From positions 5,608-69,607 of the forward strand of contig DGQA01000012.1 in NCBI GenBank assembly GCA_002390705.1: 64,000 bases of DNA. Direction: 5' to 3'. Within the stretch, counting starts at the first letter, position 1; each line of letters opens with the position of its first letter. Position numbers and translations under genes: made by a program. Below are positions 18,978 to 27,504 of the stretch, one piece after another. The notes under the pieces were generated by a model that saw only the letters and a list, made by a program, of their open reading frames with translations, was not told the DNA's origin and searched no databases. The stretch comes from Actinobacteria bacterium UBA4426. GTDB lineage: Bacteria; Actinomycetota; Actinomycetes; S36-B12.

Positions 18978-19868
18978 ATGACCTCAATTACGCGCTTTGC
19001 AACTGGTTCGCAAAGCCTGCAAAATATGGACTCAGTGAGCTCAATGAGCAAGCGCATGGCCCAACTTCAGGAGCAGATCTCCTCCGGCAAGGCAATCCAA
19101 CGTGCCAGTGAAGACCCGAGCGGCACCAGGTCAGTTATGGCGCTGCGGGCGGAGCAAACCCGCATGTCGCAGTACGCGCAAAACATCGACAATGGTGTAC
19201 TCAGACTCAATGCGACGCGCACCCAAGTGGACTCAATCAACGAACAACTTCTCAAAGCCCGTGAGCTTGTGCTTCAAGGGCAGGCCTCCAATTCGACTGC
19301 GGGCACCCGAGCCACACTCGCTGCCCAAATTGATGTCATTGCTTCCAGTCTGCTAATAGCAGCAAATTTTGACTTCGCTGGACGAGCCCTTTTCAATGGT
19401 GCAACATCGGCAGCCACCGCCTACAACGCTGGAGGCGATTACATCGGAGACACCAATCAGGTCACCACGCGGGTTGATGACTCTGGCTCTACGGTCAGAA
19501 TTGAATTAAATGGCCCCGAAGTTCTCGGTGTTGGGGGAGCGAATGCCTTTGCCGTGCTCACCGCCATCGCAGACAGTTTGCGAAACACCCCGGGCAACCT
19601 CCCAGCCAACCTAGTGTCACTGGACTCAGTGATTGCCACGGCTCGCGGCGCCCAAGCAACCATCGGCTCTCGAATCAATCAACTCAATGAACTTCACGAC
19701 GTAACTGCGGACCGGATTTTGAATGTCACGGGGGCTTTGGCCGCTGTTGAAGACACCGACCTCACAAAATCTGTGATGGAATTAACCATGCAGCAGACAA
19801 GCTACGAAGCAGCCCTGTACGCCACGGCCAGTATTATGCAACCATCGTTGATGGATTTCTTAAGATAA
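18978..19868 (+). CDS. flgL: flagellar hook-associated protein 3 FlgL
   Basis: 296 aa with flagellin-family termini (SSGKAIQRASEDPSG..., ...DTDLTKSVMELTMQQTSYEAAL). Its position is after flgK. Confidence 0.85.
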   Translation: MTSITRFATGSQSLQNMDSVSSMSKRMAQLQEQISSGKAIQRASEDPSGTRSVMALRAEQTRMSQYAQNIDNGVLRLNATRTQVDSINEQLLKARELVLQGQASNSTAGTRATLAAQIDVIASSLLIAANFDFAGRALFNGATSAATAYNAGGDYIGDTNQVTTRVDDSGSTVRIELNGPEVLGVGGANAFAVLTAIADSLRNTPGNLPANLVSLDSVIATARGAQATIGSRINQLNELHDVTADRILNVTGALAAVEDTDLTKSVMELTMQQTSYEAALYATASIMQPSLMDFLR

Positions 19869-19924
19869 CTGTGTTTAAGAGAACGATAATTCACATGAAT
19901 TCACAAGCTGGAGAGGGAGAGCAC

Positions 19925-20341
19925 ATGTCAGACATCACGCCAAATGGTGTGCAGAACGACGTCCCTGTGGTGGAAGTACGGGGCGGGCTTTTGGGGTTTC
20001 CTGAATTCACCCAGTTCTCCCTAATCAAATTAAACGATGAAGGATTGGTATACCGACTCCAATCACTTGAAGATGCTGCCATCAATTTTGTGGTCGTCCC
20101 GGCAGCGTCATTCTTTCCTAATTACGCGCCTCTCGTCGACGATGAAGTGGCGAGGCGGTTCGACCTCGAAAGCGGCCCAGAAGTGTTATTGCTTCTTGTT
20201 GTGACATTGGGTGAATCTTTCAAAGATTCCACAGTGAACATGATGGCTCCCCTTCTTCTTGATCCCAACGCCCAAATTGCAGAACAGATAATTGTGGAAA
20301 ATACTGATTTGTCTGTACGCACTCCGCTAATGGCTGCGTAG
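19925..20341 (+). CDS. fliW: flagellar assembly factor FliW
   Basis: ATG 19925 follows GGAGAGGGAG. The FliW pattern is present (GGLLGFPEFTQFSLIKL..., ...TVNMMAPLLLD...). The gene is directly upstream of csrA. Confidence 0.85.
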   Translation: MSDITPNGVQNDVPVVEVRGGLLGFPEFTQFSLIKLNDEGLVYRLQSLEDAAINFVVVPAASFFPNYAPLVDDEVARRFDLESGPEVLLLLVVTLGESFKDSTVNMMAPLLLDPNAQIAEQIIVENTDLSVRTPLMAA

Positions 20342-20348
20342 GTAGCAG

Positions 20349-20609
20349 ATGCTGGTACTGAGTCGCAAGGTTGGCGAAAGCATTGTGATCGGCGATGACG
20401 TGGTCGTAACCATCCTTGAGATTCGCGGCGATCTGATCAGGGTAGGAATAGATGCACCGAAAAGTGTAAAAGTGCACCGCAGTGAAGTATTCGAGGCGAT
20501 TGAGGCAGCGAACAAGGAGGCTGTTGCGCCAACTCTTGAGGCTATGTCTGAGTTTGCTTCAGCGATTAAGGACCTTCCGCTTCTGCCAAAAATTGAAGAC
20601 CCCGAGTGA
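20349..20609 (+). CDS. csrA: carbon storage regulator CsrA (flagellar-locus type, with C-terminal extension)
   Basis: The sequence is MLVLSRKVGESIVIGDDVVVTILEIRGDLIRVGIDAPKSVKVHRSEV... (86 aa). Confidence 0.95.
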   Translation: MLVLSRKVGESIVIGDDVVVTILEIRGDLIRVGIDAPKSVKVHRSEVFEAIEAANKEAVAPTLEAMSEFASAIKDLPLLPKIEDPE

Positions 20610-20660
20610 TCCAGTTACTTGTCACCATTTATCCAGCAGTTACGGCTATAAATGGCCGAT

Positions 20661-21161
20661 TTAGCGCTGGGCAATGAGCGCACGGATCTGTTGAGCCACG
20701 TTGTCCGGACGATTAATGGGTTCGGTTCGTAGCTGCTTAATCCCCACCCCGGAAATCGTTAGTCTCCCGTAATTGAAGGCTCGACCGAATGGCCCTTGCG
20801 CGATATCTACACCTTCAATTTTGTTGAACTCAAGGGACTCTTTGTTCCGAAAGATAAACGTCCGCACCAACTGGATCTTCTCTGAATCGATCGTTATACG
20901 AAACATCACCCAATTCAGAAAGCTCAGTAACGGGAATAACAGCAGTAGCAGAGTCAGTAAAAGCGCAATGGATGCATTTATCTGAATCAATGTGATCACA
21001 CCCACGACAAAAATAACGGAGAACCAGATGCCCACCGTGACTAGAATCGCGCGACCCGAGGCACGGCCCTGTTCGAGGATCACCCCATCGAGTGAACCCT
21101 TGCTTGGGCCTTGATCGGCACTTTTATCGAAGCTAGGATCCATGCCACTATCGTAGACCAT
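20661..21161 (-). CDS. PH-domain (bPH_2/DUF304-like) membrane protein
   Basis: 166 aa. Two TM helices are followed by a C-terminal segment resembling bacterial PH domains (...ITIDSEKIQLVRTFIFRNKESLEFNKIEGVDI...). Confidence 0.6.
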   Translation of the reverse strand: MVYDSGMDPSFDKSADQGPSKGSLDGVILEQGRASGRAILVTVGIWFSVIFVVGVITLIQINASIALLLTLLLLLFPLLSFLNWVMFRITIDSEKIQLVRTFIFRNKESLEFNKIEGVDIAQGPFGRAFNYGRLTISGVGIKQLRTEPINRPDNVAQQIRALIAQR

Positions 21162-21268
21162 GGGTTAACTTTCAGGTGGCCCGTCTTTACGGCCAGTATT
21201 TTTTTACGCGTGAATATGTATCTCGTGGAACCTGCAGTTCCCGCGTGGTGGTCCTGACGCATGAAAGG

Positions 21269-21967
21269 ATGGCGTGTGTGAGTGGAGTGAGTTGCGGACA
21301 TGTGAGTGGAAATCCGGTAGTCCACTACGTGGGGATTGATCCTGGCAATCATTTGCCTCTCATGATTGCCCTGGATTCTCGCGGTCGGCACTGGCTCACC
21401 GATGGCACCCGATCCACTGTCGTCTACCCTCCCATGAGGGAAAACTCAGGTGTCGGCGCGGTTTCCTTCGCTTATGACTATTCGGTCGATGGGGCTACGT
21501 CATTACTTTCTGCGGTCGACCCCATCAAAACTAAGGAACTTCCTTACGACTCGTTGATCCACGTGAACTGGTTGATCCTTGCGGTGTACCGAATGGTGCA
21601 AACACACCCACGCGGTACGTTAGGAATCAACAGGGCCGTGTTAGATCACGATCCCCTATTTGCCAGTAATCAGTTGCGCGTGAAAATTCAGGGAGCGGAA
21701 AAGCTGTATTTAATTAAGCGACTGCGGCCGCGACAAAGAGGACATTTTCTAATCGAAATCATTGCTCGAGATAATGAACAGGTGATGCTGCTCGCAGAGC
21801 ACACAGTTTTGGGCTTGATACTCAACAAGACATTGGAAGTGCGCGTCGGTGCCGCGGAGCAACAAGCTCGCGAAATCATGGCAGAGGTACTCGAATTTAT
21901 TTGGGAATGCAACACCGACCAGCGAAACATCGCCATGAACAACACGTCACAAGACGATCGAGGTTAA
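21269..21967 (+). CDS. hypothetical protein (no family recognised)
   Basis: Long ORF with ordinary composition. The start is uncertain, with candidates at 21176, 21269 or GTG 21278. It contains a YVGIDPGNH motif near the N-terminus. Confidence 0.5.
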   Translation: MACVSGVSCGHVSGNPVVHYVGIDPGNHLPLMIALDSRGRHWLTDGTRSTVVYPPMRENSGVGAVSFAYDYSVDGATSLLSAVDPIKTKELPYDSLIHVNWLILAVYRMVQTHPRGTLGINRAVLDHDPLFASNQLRVKIQGAEKLYLIKRLRPRQRGHFLIEIIARDNEQVMLLAEHTVLGLILNKTLEVRVGAAEQQAREIMAEVLEFIWECNTDQRNIAMNNTSQDDRG

Positions 21968-21977
21968 CGCGACAAAA

Positions 21978-22316
21978 CTAAAGGGCTAAGACGTCGTCAC
22001 TAGCGGGATCTTTTTCAGCCATATCCTCACGTAACTTGTCCAAGCTTGACTGCAATTTGCGGTTATTCGAGGCTTCTTCGTCGATTTGAATATTTAATTC
22101 GGTAATTCGAAGATTTAGTCCCTCAATAGTCTCGCGATCTTGTTCAATCTTGATGGCATGTTGAGCTTGCACTTCTACCATTTCGCGTTTGAACTCCGCC
22201 GTCGCCATAAAATGCTTCAATTCCAAGCGATCCGTTTCGTTTTTCACGTAGCCCAACATGGCGAGGAGACCCAAACCAGCCACAATGAACACCAAGAAGA
22301 AAATCCAAATCTCCAT
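21978..22316 (-). CDS. hypothetical N-terminally anchored coiled-coil protein
   Basis: 112 aa. A TM helix (IWIFFLVFIVAGLGLLAMLGYV) is followed by a charged heptad-rich region. Confidence 0.55.
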   Translation of the reverse strand: MEIWIFFLVFIVAGLGLLAMLGYVKNETDRLELKHFMATAEFKREMVEVQAQHAIKIEQDRETIEGLNLRITELNIQIDEEASNNRKLQSSLDKLREDMAEKDPASDDVLAL

Positions 22317-22362
22317 GAGGCAATGTTATACCTTTATATCGTTTATGGCTATCCCGTTTAAA

Positions 22363-22524
22363 TTATGGGCCCTGAATATTGACACCAATCGTGTCACTTA
22401 CCAGTTCATTGACGGAATCATTGAGCATACTTGCAATATATACAAAGCTACCAATGAAGGCCAAAATCATGAACACCTTTGTCACCGGATCCATTCCGGC
22501 GCCCATTCCAGATTTCCGTGCCAT
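22363..22524 (-). CDS. possible small membrane protein (53 aa), below the ORF-track cutoff
   Basis: The minus-strand ORF reads MARKSGMGAGMDPVTKVFMILAFIGSFVYIASMLNDSVNELVSDTIGVNIQGP. ACGGGAG lies upstream of the ATG. It is co-oriented with the coiled-coil gene 46 nt downstream. Confidence 0.3.
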   Translation of the reverse strand: MARKSGMGAGMDPVTKVFMILAFIGSFVYIASMLNDSVNELVSDTIGVNIQGP

Positions 22525-22615
22525 GCCCGCTCCCGTCGCTACTCGCCCCTGTCAGGTCTTCCGACCCAAAAAATCTACCTGCCATTACTCAGCACTGATA
22601 ATCTTGGGGAAAAGC

Positions 22616-22642
22616 CAAACTTCACCGAATATCGGCCGATAC
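22616..22642 (+). promoter_or_regulatory. sigma-28-type promoter candidate (CAAA-N15-GCCGATAC)
   Basis: The motif ends 45 nt upstream of ATG 22688. Confidence 0.4.
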
Positions 22643-22687
22643 TACTAAAGCGGACGTTTCTCGTTCAGATTTGACAGGAGGAAAGTA

Positions 22688-23830
22688 ATGCCATTGATGA
22701 CGCTATCGCGTGTACCTGATGGCGTGACCGTCGTTGCCTCAGTTGAAAAGGCTGAGCGGCTGGCCGAGCGAAAGAAAGCTCCTCCGCTCCTCATTCTTGA
22801 ATCGCTACAGGCCTATTTGGATGAAATGGGATTTGGTACGGGTGAACTGCTGTGGGGCCGGCTCGGGATGCAGCGGTCTTCAGGTAGTTTCCACCTCGCA
22901 CGCGATGAAAACGTTCAATTTGTGCTCAAGCGACGCCTCGATGGCCCCCAGCCCAGCGATGTCATGAGCTTGGAAGACGAGATCTCTCTGTTAAGGATTC
23001 TTCGGGAGAACAATCTTCATTCGCCCGAAATATTACACGTGTGCAACGACACCAGCATAATTGGTGCGCCCTTCTATCTCAGTGCTTTCCTACCCGGAGC
23101 TCGGGTTGTTAATTCAATTCCAGATGCCCTGAACAATGTTGAAGACAAGGTGGGGATGTCCCGTCGCGCCATCGATGACCTGGCCCGGATTCAAGTGGAG
23201 ATCAGCCCAAAGCAAGTTGAAGGTCTCGATCATGGAGGCAGCGATTTGCGCAAACTCGTTTTGGAATCCAAACGTCTCGCCCGTAAACTCAAAATGCGCC
23301 GTCTGCCCGGATTCGAGATCCTCGGGGACTACTTGTTAGAAAATTGCCCCGAAAGCCGACCCGCGGTCCTTAGCCACGGCCGCTACGGAATGCAAAATCT
23401 GTTGTTTATGACTCAGCCCCCTCCGACTATTTCTGGGGTTTTCGGCTGGGAACGTGCCACCGCATGTGACCCCCTGATGGATCTGGGGTACTTCACGGCC
23501 ACCTATTCTGCCCGCGACCTCCCACCAACTCCGCTGGACACCGCACCCGTCACTCGCGACGAAGATGGATTTCTCTCTCGAAACGAGCTCGTCAATGTGT
23601 TCCGAATAGCAACGCACCTAGATACCGCACCCCTACCGTGGTTTCAAACCTATTGCTTGTGGCGGGAGGCTGTGCAGCTGGAGGCGATCTTTGAAAGGCT
23701 GATGAACAAGGAACCTGTCCCGAGTAAATCCTTCGCCCTATCGCTGCGCGATGGCGTCCCAGCCATCCTCGCTAACGCTGCCCACTTCTCTAAGGTAGAT
23801 GGAGTTGAGGCGACAGCCCCGAAGCGCTAG
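22688..23830 (+). CDS. phosphotransferase (APH/kinase-fold) family protein with degenerate catalytic motifs
   Basis: 380 aa. The family pattern is present (DTSIIGAPFYLSAFLPG..., ...CDPLMDLGY...). The Brenner motif reads HGRYGMQN where HGDxxxxN is expected. The metal-binding DWE reads GWE. Confidence 0.7.
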   Translation: MPLMTLSRVPDGVTVVASVEKAERLAERKKAPPLLILESLQAYLDEMGFGTGELLWGRLGMQRSSGSFHLARDENVQFVLKRRLDGPQPSDVMSLEDEISLLRILRENNLHSPEILHVCNDTSIIGAPFYLSAFLPGARVVNSIPDALNNVEDKVGMSRRAIDDLARIQVEISPKQVEGLDHGGSDLRKLVLESKRLARKLKMRRLPGFEILGDYLLENCPESRPAVLSHGRYGMQNLLFMTQPPPTISGVFGWERATACDPLMDLGYFTATYSARDLPPTPLDTAPVTRDEDGFLSRNELVNVFRIATHLDTAPLPWFQTYCLWREAVQLEAIFERLMNKEPVPSKSFALSLRDGVPAILANAAHFSKVDGVEATAPKR

Positions 23831-23850
23831 GAATCGGTGGGCATAATTCC

Positions 23851-23877
23851 TCAATATTTGTTCACTGGAGCCGATGG
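23851..23877 (+). promoter_or_regulatory. sigma-28-type promoter candidate (TCAA-N15-GCCGATGG) for the P60-flgB operon
   Basis: The pattern is exact and intergenic, ending 45 nt upstream of GTG 23923. Confidence 0.55.
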
Positions 23878-23922
23878 CTAGGTTAATAAAGCGCGATGCG
23901 ATGCGCCTAATCGGGAGTCAAC

Positions 23923-24585
23923 GTGAGTATCAACGATGTCATGGCGCGGATCGGAGCGATCCGCTCCCGGCTGGAACTTCCCCCGTTACAAACTGGATCT
24001 GCACTGCCCATGACTGGGTCGAATGCGATCGCAGCCAACTCGCAATTTCCCGGCCCGACCGCGGGGGATTTTCAGTCCACCCTCGCCACAATGACGGGAA
24101 TGGTCCCCAGTTTCCCGGGTTCGCAAAGTCAAATGAATCCATTGTCTCAGCCTCCTGGCAATGGAATGCTGTCCTCGGATGCGCAACTTGGCGCACGAAT
24201 GTCTCAATATGCTGTGAACTTCGTGGGGGTGCCTTATGTGGCTGGTGGGAATAACCCCACAACAGGTTGGGATTGTGCGGCTTTTACCGAATGGATCGCC
24301 CAGCAACACGGGCTCTCAATTCCACCCGTGTCTTGGCAGCAGATCAAAATTGGTGAACCAGTGGCCTCACTTGAGCAAGCTCGAGCTGGTGACCTGGTCT
24401 TCTTTCACGAACCTTCTGGGCACAACCGGGATCCTTCCCCCCTCAAGGTTAACCATGTTGGCCTCTATCTGGGCGACGGCCGCATGGTCGAAGCCGCCAA
24501 TCCGAGCGCGGGCACTCGAATCAGCGACGTAAGTGTTGAAAAACTTGTCGGGATCCGGCGCCTCGCCGGCCCATTTAATGGTTAA
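23923..24585 (+). CDS. NlpC/P60 (C40) peptidoglycan endopeptidase
   Basis: The C-terminal domain has a catalytic Cys context (GWDCAAFTEWI) and His context (NHVGLYLGDGRMVEA). About 100 aa of Pro/Gly/Ser-rich sequence form the N-terminal region. Confidence 0.85.
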   Translation: MSINDVMARIGAIRSRLELPPLQTGSALPMTGSNAIAANSQFPGPTAGDFQSTLATMTGMVPSFPGSQSQMNPLSQPPGNGMLSSDAQLGARMSQYAVNFVGVPYVAGGNNPTTGWDCAAFTEWIAQQHGLSIPPVSWQQIKIGEPVASLEQARAGDLVFFHEPSGHNRDPSPLKVNHVGLYLGDGRMVEAANPSAGTRISDVSVEKLVGIRRLAGPFNG

Positions 24586-24629
24586 ACCTTCGGCCTCGAA
24601 AAGAATTTGGTTTGTCTGCGGGAAAAGTC

Positions 24630-24656
24630 TCAGATGCCCCACTAGCTGGCCGATAA
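24630..24656 (+). promoter_or_regulatory. sigma-28-type promoter candidate (TCAG-N15-GCCGATAA) directly upstream of flgB
   Basis: The -10 octamer is perfect, the spacing is 15 nt, and the site is intergenic. Confidence 0.5.
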
Positions 24657-24685
24657 AATCTCTGAGCAGGAAGCTCGCCTCACTC

Positions 24686-24699
24686 GCCAAGGATTTGGC
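24686..24699 (+). promoter_or_regulatory. small hairpin GCCAA-GGAT-TTGGC in the flgB leader (GGA in loop; candidate CsrA site)
   Basis: The hairpin was read in the sequence. A second GGA lies in the SD region (CGGGATC) before ATG 24732. Confidence 0.3.
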
Positions 24700-24731
24700 C
24701 CAATTACCTTCATTGGTGAACGGGATCTCAC

Positions 24732-25088
24732 ATGGACTTTGGCTTGGTAAACCCGGCGGTACGCATCGCTCTTGACGGATTAATGATGCGTCAAGAAGCA
24801 ATTGCGAATAACGTAGCGAATCTGTCTACGCCCAACTACACGGCAACCAACATCGAGTTTGAGGGCGCATTGAGTGCAGCCCTTGACATGCCCGGTTCTG
24901 GCTCAGCCACGACGCAAAGTTTTGTGAGCGTCATTGCGTCGGAAGCTCCCCGAACGCAGGATGGCAACAACGTCAGCCTCGAAGAACAAACCCTGTTAGG
25001 CACGGAAACTAACCTGCGGCTAGAGCTCGCTTTGCGCGCCGCCGAGGGAAGATTTACGGCCATGAAAAATGTCTTGGGCGGTAGCTGA
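24732..25088 (+). CDS. flgB: flagellar basal-body rod protein FlgB
   Basis: 118 aa with a rod-family N-terminus (...RQEAIANNVANLSTPNY). Confidence 0.9.
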   Translation: MDFGLVNPAVRIALDGLMMRQEAIANNVANLSTPNYTATNIEFEGALSAALDMPGSGSATTQSFVSVIASEAPRTQDGNNVSLEEQTLLGTETNLRLELALRAAEGRFTAMKNVLGGS

Positions 25089-25090
25089 TC

Positions 25091-25513
25091 ATGCTGTCGA
25101 TTTTTAATATTTCAAGTACCGGCATTAATTTTTATAAAAACTCCCTAGATGCGATTGCCCACAATGTGGCCAACGTAAACACGGTCCGGACCATGGATGA
25201 AGGTGCCGTGCGTCGCCAATCGGTGGTCGGAACTGCAGACACATCGCCTGTACCAAACATGATCGGGACCGGCGGCACCGTGGGAGGCGGAGTTTCCTTT
25301 AAAGTGGTTCAATCCTCTTCAGCAGTGGGGCTGGTCACTTACGATCCGGAAAATGTACTTGCTAACGCAGATGGGTACGTTCGCCGCCCTGACATTGACT
25401 TGACGACCGAGATGGCCGACATGATTATTGCTCAGCGCGGCTATCAGGCAAACCTAGCGGTAGTTCAACGCGCGACCGAGGCTTACCAAGCCGCACTTCA
25501 GTTAGGCAGATAA
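25091..25513 (+). CDS. flgC: flagellar basal-body rod protein FlgC
   Basis: 140 aa. The N-terminus has LDAIAHNVANVNT and the C-terminus has EMADMIIAQRGYQANL. Confidence 0.9.
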   Translation: MLSIFNISSTGINFYKNSLDAIAHNVANVNTVRTMDEGAVRRQSVVGTADTSPVPNMIGTGGTVGGGVSFKVVQSSSAVGLVTYDPENVLANADGYVRRPDIDLTTEMADMIIAQRGYQANLAVVQRATEAYQAALQLGR

Positions 25514-25516
25514 CCC

Positions 25517-25879
25517 ATGACCTTCAGTATTCCCGGAGTCTCACTCTCTACAGCGTTACCTCCGCTTCCTCCCACACCCCCCAGCCCAAGTATCAGCCCG
25601 GGGGCGATTCCGTCTGAGGGAGCCGGGGTTGGTGGTGCGGTCACCGGCGCAGGCACCGGATTGGACTTTGGATCTAGCTTGGCAAGCGCAATGGATCAAT
25701 TGGGCGCACTCCAACAAAACTCTGACGCCCTTGCCACCAAAGTGGCCACGGGTGAATTAAAGAATCCACATGAATACCTCATGGCGGCACAGGAAGCATC
25801 AATTGCCACCCAGACCGCTGTCGCTGTGCGAAATAAGGCACTCGAAGCTTTTAGTGAAATCATGAGGATGCAACTGTGA
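25517..25879 (+). CDS. fliE: flagellar hook-basal body complex protein FliE
   Basis: 120 aa. The C-terminal helix pattern is (...HEYLMAAQEASIATQTAVAVRNKALEAFSEIMRMQL). It lies between flgC and fliF. Confidence 0.8.
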   Translation: MTFSIPGVSLSTALPPLPPTPPSPSISPGAIPSEGAGVGGAVTGAGTGLDFGSSLASAMDQLGALQQNSDALATKVATGELKNPHEYLMAAQEASIATQTAVAVRNKALEAFSEIMRMQL

Positions 25880-27495
25880 TCGAGACCTTAAAAATTTTCG
25901 GCACGAGGGCAATCACAGCCCTTCGCCTATTTAGCCCCGGACAAATCACCGCCATTGTCATCGGGATTCTCGCTTTGCTCGTAGGCGCAATGGTCTTGTT
26001 GCGGGTGACTGCCTCCCCGCTTACACCGCTCTACTCAAACCTGTCCAGTGAAGACGCGGTCGCGATCACTGAAGAACTTGATATTCAGGGCACAGCATAT
26101 GAGCTGAATGCAGGCGGTACCCAGATCCTTGTTGCCCCAGAAGACGTCTCTGCAACCCGATTGACCATGAGTGCGGCCGGACTCCCTGCCGACGCCGGTA
26201 GCGGTTACTCCTTACTCGATGAGCAAGGCATGACTACTTCTCAATTCATGCAAAACGTTACTTTCCAACGCGCACTCGAAGGCGAACTGTCCTCAACCAT
26301 CGAAGGAATTGATGGCGTACGGTCGGCAACTGTCCTCCTTGCAATTCCAGCGGAAACTGTGTTTACCCAGGCATCAGATAAGCCGACGGCGTCCGTACTC
26401 ATTTCCATGGGTGGAAGTCAAGTTATCGATGGCGAACAGGTCCAAGCAATCACCAATTTGGTGGCCTCCGCCGTACCTGGATTGGCCCCAGAAAAAGTCA
26501 GCGTCTCGGACTCTTCTGGAGTGTTGCTCTCCGGTGGCGGGGTTTCAGGCGCGGCATCCGTGTCCCAGGGTGCCCGAATCGAGAAAGGCCTCATTGAATC
26601 TGCACAAACGATGCTGGACAAAGTTTTGGGCCCTGGTGTTTCCACTGTCACAGTTAACGCCGATCTTGAATTTGACCAAAGGTCTACAACCACTCAAGAG
26701 TACGCTTACCCCGAAGAATTACCCCCGCTCACGGGGCAAACAAACACCGAGACCTACACGGCAACTGACAACAGCGCAATCGAAGGCCCCGTCGTAGGCG
26801 ACCCGCCCGCTGTGATCGGTGAAGGCACTACTACCGATTCTGAGAACGACTATGAAAAAACATCGACAACTCAAACAAATCCAATTAACAGCACCATCAC
26901 GGAACGAATAGGTGCACCCGGAGACATTCGCAGGCTCACCGTTGCAGTTTTGGTCGATGCCGCAGTCCCAGCAGCCTCATTTGGTGAGGTTGAGGCGATC
27001 GTGGCCAACGCGGTCGGACTCAATGCGGAGCGTGGAGACGCAATTCAGGTTTCCCAGGTGGTATTCGACACCTCCGCGGCTGACGCTGCCGAAGAAGCTG
27101 CTGCTGAAATTCTGGCAGCGGAGGCAGGTGCCGCAACTTTCGACCTCATACGCCAAATCGGTATAGTAGTCTTAGTTCTAGCGGTCCTAATTTTGGGCAT
27201 ACTTTCACTTCGTCGCCAGCGCCGAACGATGATCGACATGGGAACGCTTGAAGCCCAAGGATTCGGAGGCCCCGTCGTGCTGGAGAGTCTCGATGAAGAT
27301 GGTCAGCAAATTGAAGAAACTGCTGTTCCCGTGTTGGTAGGAGCGGGTGGAGTTCCCCCAGTTGAGGGAGAAGAAGAATTCATCCCGAGCTACATTAAGA
27401 ACGCCGGATCTGCAACCTATGACACTCTCCGGGACTTTGCCACCGAAGAACCAGAGCAGGTCGCTAAGGTCCTGCGTACCTGGATTGCGAAGTAG
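25876..27495 (+). CDS. fliF: flagellar MS-ring protein FliF
   Basis: 539 aa with a GTGA overlap with fliE. It has N- and C-terminal TM helices flanking a periplasmic-type ring-building domain. Confidence 0.9.
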   Translation: MIETLKIFGTRAITALRLFSPGQITAIVIGILALLVGAMVLLRVTASPLTPLYSNLSSEDAVAITEELDIQGTAYELNAGGTQILVAPEDVSATRLTMSAAGLPADAGSGYSLLDEQGMTTSQFMQNVTFQRALEGELSSTIEGIDGVRSATVLLAIPAETVFTQASDKPTASVLISMGGSQVIDGEQVQAITNLVASAVPGLAPEKVSVSDSSGVLLSGGGVSGAASVSQGARIEKGLIESAQTMLDKVLGPGVSTVTVNADLEFDQRSTTTQEYAYPEELPPLTGQTNTETYTATDNSAIEGPVVGDPPAVIGEGTTTDSENDYEKTSTTQTNPINSTITERIGAPGDIRRLTVAVLVDAAVPAASFGEVEAIVANAVGLNAERGDAIQVSQVVFDTSAADAAEEAAAEILAAEAGAATFDLIRQIGIVVLVLAVLILGILSLRRQRRTMIDMGTLEAQGFGGPVVLESLDEDGQQIEETAVPVLVGAGGVPPVEGEEEFIPSYIKNAGSATYDTLRDFATEEPEQVAKVLRTWIAK

Positions 27496-27504
27496 GTCGC
27501 GCCC

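Noticed and set aside
21269-21967. A PilZ-like pattern in the hypothetical protein: RLRPRQR followed 20 residues later by EHTVLG, compared with RxxxR...D/NxSxxG. It would suggest a YcgR/MotI-type c-di-GMP brake.
   Set aside because: Both signature residues of the second motif are substituted. Only about 50 residues, mostly helical, follow it, which is too few for a PilZ beta-barrel. Without a profile search this is numerology.
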